NCBI GenBank assembly: GCA_025839675.1
Contig: CP104013.1
Location: 3,105,121-3,169,120, forward strand
Reading direction: 5' to 3'
Source of the DNA: Candidatus Lokiarchaeum ossiferum
GTDB taxonomy: Archaea; Asgardarchaeota; Lokiarchaeia; Sigyniarchaeales; Promethearchaeaceae
Length of the DNA stretch: 64,000 nucleotides
The translations under genes and the position numbers were made by a program. Shown here one piece after another: positions 13,637 to 22,949 of this stretch (its first letter is position 1; each line of letters opens with the position of its first letter). Under the pieces are notes generated by a model that saw nothing but the letters and a program-made list of their open reading frames with translations, made no database searches and was not told the origin of the DNA.

Positions 13637-13975
13637 TCAAAGAAATCCTCGAACTTTTTTAAAGAAAAATATTAATTCTACAACAGCAGGATGCTCAGAA
13701 TTTAATCTAACCATTCTTGGTGGGCTCTGAGCATGGGTTTCAATTATCTTCTCCTCAACAAAATCATTTTGCAATAGCTGATCTAAAATCCTTTTTCCAC
13801 TACTTTTTGCAACTTTTGCTTGTGAAGCAATATTAGAAAAATTCCTCCACAAAGTTTTGCCTTCAATTTGTTCTTCCAAGGCATTTCTCAGCAAAATTTC
13901 GAGAATTTTAATATTCACACTGCTTCCAAATAGCTTTGTCAAGTAAAATGACGATTTGCGGGATGGGTGACTCAT
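13637..13975 (-). CDS. Putative winged-helix DNA-binding protein (hypothetical)
   Basis: 112-aa ORF. The IKILEILL...segment looks like an HTH recognition helix. Weak. Confidence 0.3.
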   Translation of the reverse strand: MSHPSRKSSFYLTKLFGSSVNIKILEILLRNALEEQIEGKTLWRNFSNIASQAKVAKSSGKRILDQLLQNDFVEEKIIETHAQSPPRMVRLNSEHPAVVELIFFFKKVRGFL

Positions 13976-14015
13976 AAATATTGTCTCGATCAGAAAATTA
14001 AAAAAAATTTTCCTT

Positions 14016-14258
14016 TTATCCTAGGAGTCGAGGGACGACTAGCATGGTAAATATCATAACAACGACTAACACAACAATCTGAATTGTGCTGGATCGACCT
14101 TTCTTTTTATCTGCGCTAGAATACTTTTCTTTACAATCTTGGGTACAAAAATCCCTATCCATAGGAACAGCTCTTCCACATACCATACAATGTTTATGTT
14201 CATCATATTTGCGTGATTTTAGCGATTCTTTCCAAGTTTTATTCTTTAATTCGGGCAT
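14016..14258 (-). CDS. Small zinc-ribbon membrane protein (DUF2116-like)
   Basis: CMVCGRAVPMDRDFCTQDC zinc ribbon followed by one hydrophobic C-terminal TM helix. Confidence 0.4.
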   Translation of the reverse strand: MPELKNKTWKESLKSRKYDEHKHCMVCGRAVPMDRDFCTQDCKEKYSSADKKKGRSSTIQIVVLVVVMIFTMLVVPRLLG

Positions 14259-14359
14259 TTATTTTCAAAAGTCTAAGGTTATGATATTTTTTTAACTTTC
14301 AGATAATGAATAATCTTGAAAATGAATTTTTAATATAGACCGATCATTTTACTTTTATA

Positions 14360-14743
14360 ATGTCAATTAATATTTCAGGAGAAGGAATGGCAATTTTTGA
14401 AAATTTCGTTGTAAAAGCAACTTTTGTCTCCCTAAACAATAGCTATCTACTTATGGTTACGGATCAAGAACAATTTGGCATAGGAACCGTGACCTTATCT
14501 AGTCCACCAACGGAATTTGGAACTAAAGCCACTAGTTCCCCATTTAATATCTTTGGAATGAAAAATTCAATGCTTTCCAACGCAATTGGGAGAAATGCGA
14601 GTAAACATCTAAAAAAACCTGTACTATCTTTAGTTTTATTGGTAGAAAAAGACTTTAAGCAAGAAATTATCATTAAAACCACAATGGAAGCGGTAAATAA
14701 GGCCATTGAAGATGTAATAAGCAAAGGAAATAATAAAATTTAA
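14360..14743 (+). CDS. Hypothetical protein
   Basis: 127-aa ORF with no recognisable motif. Its stop overlaps the stop of the convergent gene. Confidence 0.3.
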   Translation: MSINISGEGMAIFENFVVKATFVSLNNSYLLMVTDQEQFGIGTVTLSSPPTEFGTKATSSPFNIFGMKNSMLSNAIGRNASKHLKKPVLSLVLLVEKDFKQEIIIKTTMEAVNKAIEDVISKGNNKI

Positions 14744-15321
14744 CCATTGAAATATTCTTTTTTGTTGATAAACGGAATTAAAGCCATTTGAACACCTTGT
14801 CGCGTGATATCGGTTCTAGTTATGCGCCCTTGACTATAGAATCCTATTGCACCTTCTTTATGTTTAATATTTTTGTCACCTGACAATTGTCCCATAACAT
14901 CTCCTAATTCTATTTGGGGGTTATCTAACAATAATTTGACCACTTTCGGAGGAAAATCCAAGCCTGATCCAGATGAAAGTGAGAGTCTATCTTCAGAGTT
15001 CACAATAGCGCAGAATTGAAAGTCTAAATAACCAGATATAGATGATGGTATTGGAACAAATCCCGCTTCAATCCCTACAGCAAATATTTCATTATGGAAG
15101 CTAAACTCAGACAAATAATCTTTTTTAGCTTCTTGCATCACATTTTTTGCACGATTAATTGCACCTTGAGTTACCTTTTCCAGACCAATGGGTTGATCTG
15201 CAACATTGGATTTTACCTTTATCCCGACGACTTTAATTGATTCTTGAGGAAAAGCATGTTCAAATTCGATTTTGGTTGCATTAATTTTGACAGGATTAGT
15301 AGACCCTACAAAGACCAACAT
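14740..15321 (-). CDS. Non-canonical purine NTP phosphatase (inosine/xanthosine triphosphatase, YjjX/Mj0226 family)
   Basis: N-terminus VFVGSTNPVKINA resembles the YjjX-family GSxNPxK signature; about 190 aa. Confidence 0.55.
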   Translation of the reverse strand: MLVFVGSTNPVKINATKIEFEHAFPQESIKVVGIKVKSNVADQPIGLEKVTQGAINRAKNVMQEAKKDYLSEFSFHNEIFAVGIEAGFVPIPSSISGYLDFQFCAIVNSEDRLSLSSGSGLDFPPKVVKLLLDNPQIELGDVMGQLSGDKNIKHKEGAIGFYSQGRITRTDITRQGVQMALIPFINKKEYFNG

Positions 15322-15367
15322 TTTTTCTAACCTCAGGAAAAGTATAAAAAGAACAAAATTAATACAA

Positions 15368-15895
15368 TTACTCTACTTGTTGAGCATAGTATATTAACCA
15401 TTTGCTCATAGCAGTGAACATTGGTTCAATATTAAGGTTTAGCTTGGAAGAACACATCACATTCATCAAACAACTGGCACTTTCCGCATATTGCTCTGCA
15501 ACATTAATATCTACTTCGTGGTTTTCTAAATCATACTTATTCCCAACTAGAGTAATTGGAACCATCCCAGCATTTTCTCGAATTATCCGTAACCATTCAG
15601 GAATTTCTTCAAATGTCGCATAATCAGTGACATCATAACAGATAAATGCCCCACTGGCCCCACGACAATAATCACCTAATAAAAAGCGAAATCGTTCTTC
15701 ACCAGCAAAATCCCAAAGTTGCATTCTTACGTGCTCGCCTGTATCTAACGAAACATCTTTCACGCTAAATTGAGCTCCAATGGTCATTTTATGATCTTCA
15801 ATAAACGACCCAGTTACATATCGTTCAATTAAGGCAGTCTTTCCAACTCCCCCAGCACCCGCGACTACAACTTTAAAGATCCAATTTGACGACAC
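15368..15895 (-). CDS. Rab-like (Ras-superfamily) small GTPase
   Basis: G1 GAGGVGKT, switch I TIGAQF, G3 WDFAGEERFR, YDVTD, G4 VGNKYDL. The near-colinear match to eukaryotic Rab core motifs suggests an Asgard-type eukaryotic signature protein. No C-terminal prenylation cysteines. Confidence 0.85.
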   Translation of the reverse strand: MSSNWIFKVVVAGAGGVGKTALIERYVTGSFIEDHKMTIGAQFSVKDVSLDTGEHVRMQLWDFAGEERFRFLLGDYCRGASGAFICYDVTDYATFEEIPEWLRIIRENAGMVPITLVGNKYDLENHEVDINVAEQYAESASCLMNVMCSSKLNLNIEPMFTAMSKWLIYYAQQVE

Positions 15896-15970
15896 TTTTA
15901 TATCACTTCAGACATCTATTCGAGAAAAATATTAACTAATAGTTTTAACATTTGTTTGGCTAAATAGTTT

Positions 15971-18175
15971 TCATCCTTGATCAGTCATATTTAAATCATC
16001 AATAAGCTTCTTTCCCATTTGAAAAAGTGGACAGTGCGTCACACAATTTTTGCAACTGGTACACTTTTCAGTATCAATTTTAATATTAATATCATTCAAT
16101 TTGATAGCTTTTACTGGACATATACTGATACAAGTTTTGCACTGATTACAATAAATTGCACGTAAAACTGAAGTGGTTATAAGTTTAAAGAATTGTCCAT
16201 AGGAAAATTGCTGATTCGGAACTAAAAGGAAAAAACTTCCATCCGGAAATAGATTCAAACGATAAGATTCTTTTTTAAACTGTGAACTAATAGAGATGAC
16301 ATTCAGATCAGAATCAAATTCATAATCTTTGGTCACTGCAGGTAAAATATTGTTTAGAATATTTAGATCAATCGGTTGGGAGAATTTGCCCTTCATAGAA
16401 TACCCCGATTGTAAACAAGGAGAAAATCCCTTCGTTATATCCAAATGAAGGGGCATAGAAGGATCCGCTCCAGTATAATCCAATTGGATATTATGCTCTT
16501 CGACAATATTTTTCCATTGAGGACTTAAACGTTTGAATCGCCAGAGTCCCATGCTGATCCATTCTTGAGGAAGTTTATATTTAAAAGCATAATCCTCCAA
16601 ATAACTAAACCAACGAGCATACATTTGAGGGTGAGATGACTTTAAAAGATTGAAAGAAGCAAGATTTGCCGCGGGGCAGAGATAACAACCTAAACGTTCA
16701 TGTCCTTCAAAATATAATGGATTACTTGGTACTTCAATTCTTTCCAGAGTATCTGGATGAATTACAGGGTCGAATAAGACAAATAGCCAGAGAAGTAATG
16801 CATTCCAGGTTTTTATGGGTGTTGCTGCGATTTGGAGTGGAATAAAAGAATTCACGTAGACTAGCTTGGATTGAGCCCTAGTAAGGGATTCATATTGTCG
16901 TTGTCCTAAAAATGTGAGAACTTTCTCACCATTATATATGGTATTAATGATCTCAGTAATTTGTTGAGCCTTTAGACTATGGCAACAATATCGATAATCC
17001 CTCCCCGGAGGCCCGAAAGAGTCAACAATCTTCCAAAAAGTATCTGAGGCATCTTTAATTATTAATTTATCATCCATTCCTAATGCTTTTGCAACTTGGA
17101 AGATATTTTCTTCTACTTCAGGTAATTCTAAACCAGTATTTGCAAAAAATATCTTGAAATTCGGTCCTAAAACCTTCCAGGCGAGTAATAATGTTGCTAA
17201 ACTATCTTTTCCACCCGAATACGCAACAGCAACTGGTTTACTTATCTGATTTAGAGTTTTTGAAATAAACGATGTAGCCTTGGATATTTCCCGAAGTATT
17301 CCTGAAGCATTTGCTTCATGAGTTTTCTTCAAATTCTGGAAAATATATTCTAAAAATTCATCTTTATTAACAATTAGAGCCTCAGTTTTCATCACAGATT
17401 CAGGGGATATATTATTAAAAGGGTGAAAAAACTCATATGGGAAACAAGATCCGTTTTTTTTATAAGCCTTATTTTTTGCTATACTTCCATAATTCTCTTT
17501 CACCATGGATTTAAGGAGAGTAGAATCTTCTCGCGCAATACCTATCGCAACACACATTGATTTATCAATTTCTACAGAATCATTCTTTATTATTAAGACA
17601 TAATCATCTTTTCTAATCGAAGGTGAGACAAAACTTACTCCTGGCGCGAGAATTGATTTCCCAGTCTGAATAAAGGGTAATGCATCTTCTTTTACCCAGA
17701 TTTGTTGAGTTTTAGGAATGCACAATTTTGTTTGGAGAAAAAAAATCAAATCTCCACCAGCAACCCGAGGCTGAAATTCAAACATCTGAGTGACAATATT
17801 GAATATAAGTAATCCGATTACAACACCGTTCAATACAACTTCATCCGTTCGATCTAAGCCCCCAATTCGGCTTAAAAGAACAATTTGATTCTCGGAGAAC
17901 AGTGCTGATCCAACCCCTTTTCCATATTGACGATTAACCGTTTCTTGTAATATTGCATAATCCTTCCAAAATGCGGGACGAACATCTCCAGGAGGTGAAA
18001 TTTTAACCTTAATCCCTTGATTACCACAGAGACCACAAGCATGGTGATCTAATAGGGGTAAATTGCATTTTGAACACCAAAATAGAGATACTTTACCAAG
18101 ATAGGGGATTTTCATTCTCCCTTTACGTTTTTTCCGGGGATAGTTTGGACGTGCTGAATTATTTCGAGAACCCAT
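15971..18175 (-). CDS. Multi-domain protein: N-terminal zinc ribbon plus PUA-like domain, PP-loop ATP pyrophosphatase (PAPS-reductase-like), and C-terminal 2x[4Fe-4S] ferredoxin domain
   Basis: PP-loop AYSGGKDSLATL. C-terminal CNQCKTCISICP...CTSCKNCVTHCP. N-terminal CSKCN..CGLCGN. Confidence 0.65.
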   Translation of the reverse strand: MGSRNNSARPNYPRKKRKGRMKIPYLGKVSLFWCSKCNLPLLDHHACGLCGNQGIKVKISPPGDVRPAFWKDYAILQETVNRQYGKGVGSALFSENQIVLLSRIGGLDRTDEVVLNGVVIGLLIFNIVTQMFEFQPRVAGGDLIFFLQTKLCIPKTQQIWVKEDALPFIQTGKSILAPGVSFVSPSIRKDDYVLIIKNDSVEIDKSMCVAIGIAREDSTLLKSMVKENYGSIAKNKAYKKNGSCFPYEFFHPFNNISPESVMKTEALIVNKDEFLEYIFQNLKKTHEANASGILREISKATSFISKTLNQISKPVAVAYSGGKDSLATLLLAWKVLGPNFKIFFANTGLELPEVEENIFQVAKALGMDDKLIIKDASDTFWKIVDSFGPPGRDYRYCCHSLKAQQITEIINTIYNGEKVLTFLGQRQYESLTRAQSKLVYVNSFIPLQIAATPIKTWNALLLWLFVLFDPVIHPDTLERIEVPSNPLYFEGHERLGCYLCPAANLASFNLLKSSHPQMYARWFSYLEDYAFKYKLPQEWISMGLWRFKRLSPQWKNIVEEHNIQLDYTGADPSMPLHLDITKGFSPCLQSGYSMKGKFSQPIDLNILNNILPAVTKDYEFDSDLNVISISSQFKKESYRLNLFPDGSFFLLVPNQQFSYGQFFKLITTSVLRAIYCNQCKTCISICPVKAIKLNDINIKIDTEKCTSCKNCVTHCPLFQMGKKLIDDLNMTDQG

Positions 18176-18292
18176 AATAATATTATAGAAAAAACGCCAA
18201 GAGAAAAAAAATTAATCATTTTACACCATAACATTTTTTTTTGGACTGAAAATTCTTCATTTCAAGTTGAAGTTTTTTAGAAAAAGACTGAA

Positions 18293-19558
18293 TCAAACCA
18301 AATAAAATTGTATTTTTTCGTCTTTTAGCAACCTTATAGCAGTTTTTTGCAAAATTTCTCGAAAAGCGGTCCATGTATAGATTCGGATCAGTCTTAAATG
18401 CCCCTTAAATTGATTAAAAAAAAGGGAATAATCCTCCAACTTAACTGGCTTTTTCTCACCATTTGATAATCGTTTAAAAGCATAAATCTCGTTTGGTCTG
18501 GTTTGACTGATATGATTATAGGGAACATTGGGACTACTGGGGAGATCAATATAAATATCTGCGACCGCAATACCAGAGGCTTCAGATAAAGCATTTTTCA
18601 ATTTTTGCTCTTGAAGATTGAATTCTGACATTTCTATACGGGTTTCAAAACATAATTTTAGTAATTCTCGTCGTTTAATCTTATTCATGAGTATTTTGGA
18701 TTGAGGATGATTTATCAATTCGGTCCACAAAGTGTAATCATCCCACTTAGTGTAATCATCCGGAGTTTTAAATTTGAGTAACCCTAGTTCCCGATTAAGC
18801 GTTTTAAACCCTTCTGCAAGCATTAATTGAACCGCTCGGCACGTTTTATGAAAATAAATAGTCCGAAAAGAACTGATTCGTGAAAGCAAGAACCCTTCCA
18901 ATGCAATTAATGCAGAGATGTCTACACCCAAAAATCCTTCATCCACTTCATCTATGGAGATTAATAAACGGTCCACATCAACAGGTCTTCCTTTTGTCCC
19001 ACAATGATAATTATCACGTAGGAGATAATCCATCGAGTCGACATTGACTGCGCTGGTTATAACTTGACTTAATAATGAACCTTTGGTATAGGCTCTCTCT
19101 TGCATTTTTCCCGTGGCTATATGAGCTATATAATCTTTCTCAAAGCTTAAATCCGAGAGTGTATCACCCAATTCAGAATCTTTAATGATCCAATCAGTAA
19201 AATCTTCATGATCCTTGCCTTGTTCTACCAGTACACTTTCAAAATTATGTGAAAATGGTCCATGGCCTAAATCATGTAACAAGGAGCCGACGATGCAGTC
19301 ATTAATGTCATCCGTTGTTAGCTCAACATTATGTAAATCCCGCATATTTCTCATTAAGCGTTGAGCTAGTGCAGCAACACCTAAACTATGTTCAAAACGA
19401 GTATGATTAGCCCCTGGAAATACATGATTTGTTCCAGAAAGTTGACGAATCCTCATTAACCTTTGAACCTCTTTTGAATCCACAATTTTTTGGATAATAC
19501 TCGGAAAAAGGACAAATCCATGAATTGGATCATTGATTTTGAGGATTTTATTCATCAC
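18293..19558 (-). CDS. HD-domain phosphohydrolase (dGTPase/SAMHD1-like dNTP triphosphohydrolase)
   Basis: HTRFEHSLGV...LLHDLGHGPFSH HD motif. The 421-aa length fits the dNTPase family. Confidence 0.8.
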   Translation of the reverse strand: MMNKILKINDPIHGFVLFPSIIQKIVDSKEVQRLMRIRQLSGTNHVFPGANHTRFEHSLGVAALAQRLMRNMRDLHNVELTTDDINDCIVGSLLHDLGHGPFSHNFESVLVEQGKDHEDFTDWIIKDSELGDTLSDLSFEKDYIAHIATGKMQERAYTKGSLLSQVITSAVNVDSMDYLLRDNYHCGTKGRPVDVDRLLISIDEVDEGFLGVDISALIALEGFLLSRISSFRTIYFHKTCRAVQLMLAEGFKTLNRELGLLKFKTPDDYTKWDDYTLWTELINHPQSKILMNKIKRRELLKLCFETRIEMSEFNLQEQKLKNALSEASGIAVADIYIDLPSSPNVPYNHISQTRPNEIYAFKRLSNGEKKPVKLEDYSLFFNQFKGHLRLIRIYTWTAFREILQKTAIRLLKDEKIQFYLV

Positions 19559-19705
19559 TATTCTCTATGTAAATTTGTTACTTCATTTCTTATATACCTA
19601 TACGTTTTTTATTTTGATGTAATGATTCGATCACATTTTCGAAGTTCAGAGATACAAAAAAGTGTTAAATGTTCAAGGTTAAATATAATATTAAGTGGTT
19701 TTTTC

Positions 19706-20161
19706 ATGGCAGTTGAAGAGCATAATTTCATTTATAAAGTTTATTTTAAAGGTATCAAAAAACATGATCACGATCTTATCAATTTAACCTTTCTCAATGA
19801 CGCTTCGGAAGTGTTTTTAGAGAATTTTCCAAATTTTCTTCTTTTAATTAATGAGAAAAGTCGAAAAAAGTTAGCCCACTCCTTCAGTAATATTCAAGAA
19901 ATCATTCCTATGGGCAATGCTTCCAAAGTTGATATCACCCAATTTATTGCCGTCCTATACACCGAAAAGAATCTGGATGGACAGAATCTTAAGCAGGGCA
20001 TTTTAATCGGAAAAATAAAAGATGGACGTTACAAACTTTTGGGAGCATGGCCTCGAATTGTCCAAGAAAATAAAATCCGGGAAAAAACAGATTATAAACT
20101 TAAATTACAAGAAATTATTGAGAAAGAATCAAATTTTACCGATATCTTGATTATCATGTAA
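19706..20161 (+). CDS. Hypothetical protein, possibly longin/roadblock/sedlin-like fold. Start set at an internal Met to avoid a divergent overlap.
   Basis: The upstream part of the 223-aa ORF overlaps the 5' end of the HD hydrolase. The MAVEEHNFIYKVYFKG... segment loosely resembles a sedlin/longin N-terminus. Confidence 0.25.
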   Translation: MAVEEHNFIYKVYFKGIKKHDHDLINLTFLNDASEVFLENFPNFLLLINEKSRKKLAHSFSNIQEIIPMGNASKVDITQFIAVLYTEKNLDGQNLKQGILIGKIKDGRYKLLGAWPRIVQENKIREKTDYKLKLQEIIEKESNFTDILIIM

Positions 20162-20518
20162 TATTTGCACATTTGCATCTATTTGTGGCAAATTAGGTTT
20201 TTTCCGGTCATTTCAAGCGATTTCACGCACTATCAAAATGTCAAGTGTCCACATCGTGTGGTTTTCGATCCAAAAATTCTTCATCTCGTGAAACCCCCTA
20301 AAACCCCCCTTGGACCAGTTACTCGGAAAAATTTGTTCCCACTTGCGATCCCCTCTTTTTCACCTCGATCGCAAAATTTTTCTTTTACCCCTTCTTGTTA
20401 TAGTTAATAATCGGATGGTCATTCTTGATTTCACCCTCTGTTTTCTTCTCCCTTCATTCGGGTGAATCGGTGAATTTACCCTCCGAACTTATTCTACACT
20501 CAAGGAGAACGAAAACAT

Positions 20519-20668
20519 ATGGTATATGTCTGCGCTAGCAAAGATTGTCAACGAACTGTCACCCAAGAAAATCTCAACCAATTACCTGGGATTAAGTGTC
20601 CTCACTGCGGATATCGTATCTTGTTCAAGAAACGTCCGCAGGTTATAAAACGCGTAAAAGCAGTTTAA
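20519..20668 (+). CDS. rpoP: DNA-directed RNA polymerase subunit P (RpoP/Rpb12 homologue), 49 aa, absent from the ORF track
   Basis: MVYVCASKDCQRTV...IKCPHCGYRILFKKRP: C4 zinc ribbon with the characteristic CxxCGxRIL(F/Y)KxRP ending. Confidence 0.55.
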   Translation: MVYVCASKDCQRTVTQENLNQLPGIKCPHCGYRILFKKRPQVIKRVKAV

Positions 20669-21061
20669 AATTTTTTTTACCTTTTTGGAAATCCAGATGC
20701 ATTAATCACCCTAAATCCAAGTAGAACTGACTTGAGAACTCTATGTTCACTGAAAATTTGGTTCAATTTCTTCGGTGAGGATTATAAAATAATATAAAGG
20801 GTGCTTTAGATCGGGGGTTTCTTAGCTCGGCAAGGAATTTTCGCAGTTAGTTGAAAATGTGAAGAGTTGGCTAGCATGTGGAGTTAATCTAATGTAGCAT
20901 GATTTAGTATCACGATAATTTTCTGAACGGTGGCCGCAAATGGAAATGTGTTGTCACATTGGTTTTGTGCCTTCCATAAATAATGCGTACCGTAGAAAAA
21001 TTTGAACGAGCAAAAATATATTGATCCATTTACAAAGGCAAATAAAATTTGGAAAAAAGGT

Positions 21062-22009
21062 TTATTCAAGAGGATTCATAGTTATATTGAGATGTTTAAT
21101 CAATTCCTTATATCTATTACGGACTGTTACTTCAGTAATATTAGCAACACGAGCAATTTCTTTTTGAGTTTTTCGCTCCCCATGTTGAAAAGCAGCCACA
21201 TATATAGAAGCAGCAGCTAAACCACAAGGATCTTTACCAGAAGTTATTCCTCGACGGGAAGCTTCTTTCAAGATCTTGATGGCACTTAGTTGAGATTGCG
21301 TTGAAACTTTCAAGTCATTAGCAAACCTAGAAATAAATCTTGTTGGAGTCGCAGTAGGAATTTTGAGTTTTAATTCCCGTAAAATCAATCGATAACACCG
21401 CCCTAATTCCCGACGATTGATGCGAGAATTTTTTGCGAATTCATCTAAAGTTCTCGGTATTCGAGCAATACGACAAGCCGCATATATAGAACCTGCAATC
21501 ATTGCTTCAATAGAGCGCCCCCGAATCAATTTCATATCAATAGTTCGACGATATATTAAGGCTGCAGTTTCTTTATGGATTTTGGCAATTCCAATTTGTG
21601 AACAAAGGCGATCTAATTCACTCATTGCAAAAGCTAGATTTCGATCGATTGAAGAATGAATTCGCATTCGTACTTGCCATTTACGAAGACGATAAGCTTG
21701 CGCTCTTCGTTTAGGAGATAATTTATTGCCAAAGGCATCCCGATCTCGCCAATCAATAATAGTTGACAATCCTTTATCATGTATTGATAGTGAAGAAGGA
21801 GCCCCAACCCGTGATTTTTTATTCATATCTGCAGAATTGAACGCACGCCATTCTGCCCCTTGATCAATTGCATTTGATTCTAAAATCAATCCACAACTAC
21901 TACAGATCAAATCCCCCCGGCATTGATCTGACAATAAATTGAAGGAACCACATTCTGGACAATTGTCATTTACGTCGTCTAAGCAACGATTTTTTCTTTC
22001 GATATCCAT
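21062..22009 (-). CDS. tfb: Transcription initiation factor TFB (TFIIB homologue)
   Basis: N-terminal zinc ribbon CPECGS...CSSCGLIL, B-reader/linker, and two cyclin-fold repeats. The ORF-track start at 22069 adds a 20-aa hydrophobic extension, so Met at 22009 is preferred. Confidence 0.9.
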   Translation of the reverse strand: MDIERKNRCLDDVNDNCPECGSFNLLSDQCRGDLICSSCGLILESNAIDQGAEWRAFNSADMNKKSRVGAPSSLSIHDKGLSTIIDWRDRDAFGNKLSPKRRAQAYRLRKWQVRMRIHSSIDRNLAFAMSELDRLCSQIGIAKIHKETAALIYRRTIDMKLIRGRSIEAMIAGSIYAACRIARIPRTLDEFAKNSRINRRELGRCYRLILRELKLKIPTATPTRFISRFANDLKVSTQSQLSAIKILKEASRRGITSGKDPCGLAAASIYVAAFQHGERKTQKEIARVANITEVTVRNRYKELIKHLNITMNPLE

Positions 22010-22130
22010 TTCAATAACTAAACGGAAAAAGATCTGACATATAAAATTTGTAGAAAAAATACCCGCCATTATGAATTAATAGAAAAATTCTCCGCCGATT
22101 TATGGAAAAAACTTAAATTGTTTAGGATAA

Positions 22131-22868
22131 TTATTGTTCAATTTTTTTTGGACGAGTATGCTTTTCTTCCATTTTCTTTATCCCCTCTTTTTTTAACATT
22201 GATTCCAGAGCATCAGGTTTAATGGGAAATTTTAAGGGATTAATTACAAATGATAAATTCACGATAAATAAAATTGTTAAAACTATTATGGTAATTCCAA
22301 AAATGAAGGCTAAATTTTCAAGCCAAAATGAACCTGACTCACTTGAAGTGCTTCCAGCTATTTCAGGAATTAACCCAACGACAAGTGTTAGCACCATGAT
22401 CACAATTAGCAACCCCAATAAAAGAAGATTCATTAGACCAAATCGCCACATCTTGGAAGTATTGGAAATTCGAGAGCGATATGGATGAGAATTTTCAAAA
22501 TTCTTAAAAAGTAGGACGCGATTACGAATACCTTGGAGTAAGAATATGTTTTTCAACAGGTGTTTGAACTTATAGGCTCCAAGATTTTGATAATGCTCTT
22601 GAATAAATTTTTTTACCGAATTTAATTCAGAAGTTGGATCTTCACTTATTAAATTAGAAAGAACAAATATATTGGGATTTAAAAACCTATTAACAATTCT
22701 TTCATACAAGATGTCAGATTGAAATTGGTTATAAGAAAGGCTATAAGGACCTCGATATAGATAGAGTCGCTTATTATCTGAATTGGAAATCAGAATGATA
22801 TCTTCAGGTGAAACCGTGTCCACAGATAGAATTTCATCTTCAGTAATTTTATATAAATTCAAAACCAT
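22131..22868 (-). CDS. Membrane protein with a possible N-terminal gelsolin-like domain, two TM helices and a Lys-rich C-terminal tail
   Basis: The N-terminal ~95 aa (DIILISNSDNKRLYLYRGPYSLSYNQ...) resembles the gelsolin repeat core (DsYIvL...l.iw.G..ss..E pattern). Two clear hydrophobic helices lie around residues 150 to 215. Confidence 0.3.
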   Translation of the reverse strand: MVLNLYKITEDEILSVDTVSPEDIILISNSDNKRLYLYRGPYSLSYNQFQSDILYERIVNRFLNPNIFVLSNLISEDPTSELNSVKKFIQEHYQNLGAYKFKHLLKNIFLLQGIRNRVLLFKNFENSHPYRSRISNTSKMWRFGLMNLLLLGLLIVIMVLTLVVGLIPEIAGSTSSESGSFWLENLAFIFGITIIVLTILFIVNLSFVINPLKFPIKPDALESMLKKEGIKKMEEKHTRPKKIEQ

Positions 22869-22949
22869 CTTGAATATAAATTCATCAATTCCTCAGATAA
22901 AATTTTCGTTTACCAAAAGGGAGTGAAAGTGAAAAAAAAGATTATATTT

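Noticed and set aside
19490-19705. N-terminal 72 codons of the 223-aa ORF at 19490
   Set aside because: They would overlap the 5' end of the divergent HD hydrolase gene by about 70 nt. Start moved to an internal Met at 19706.
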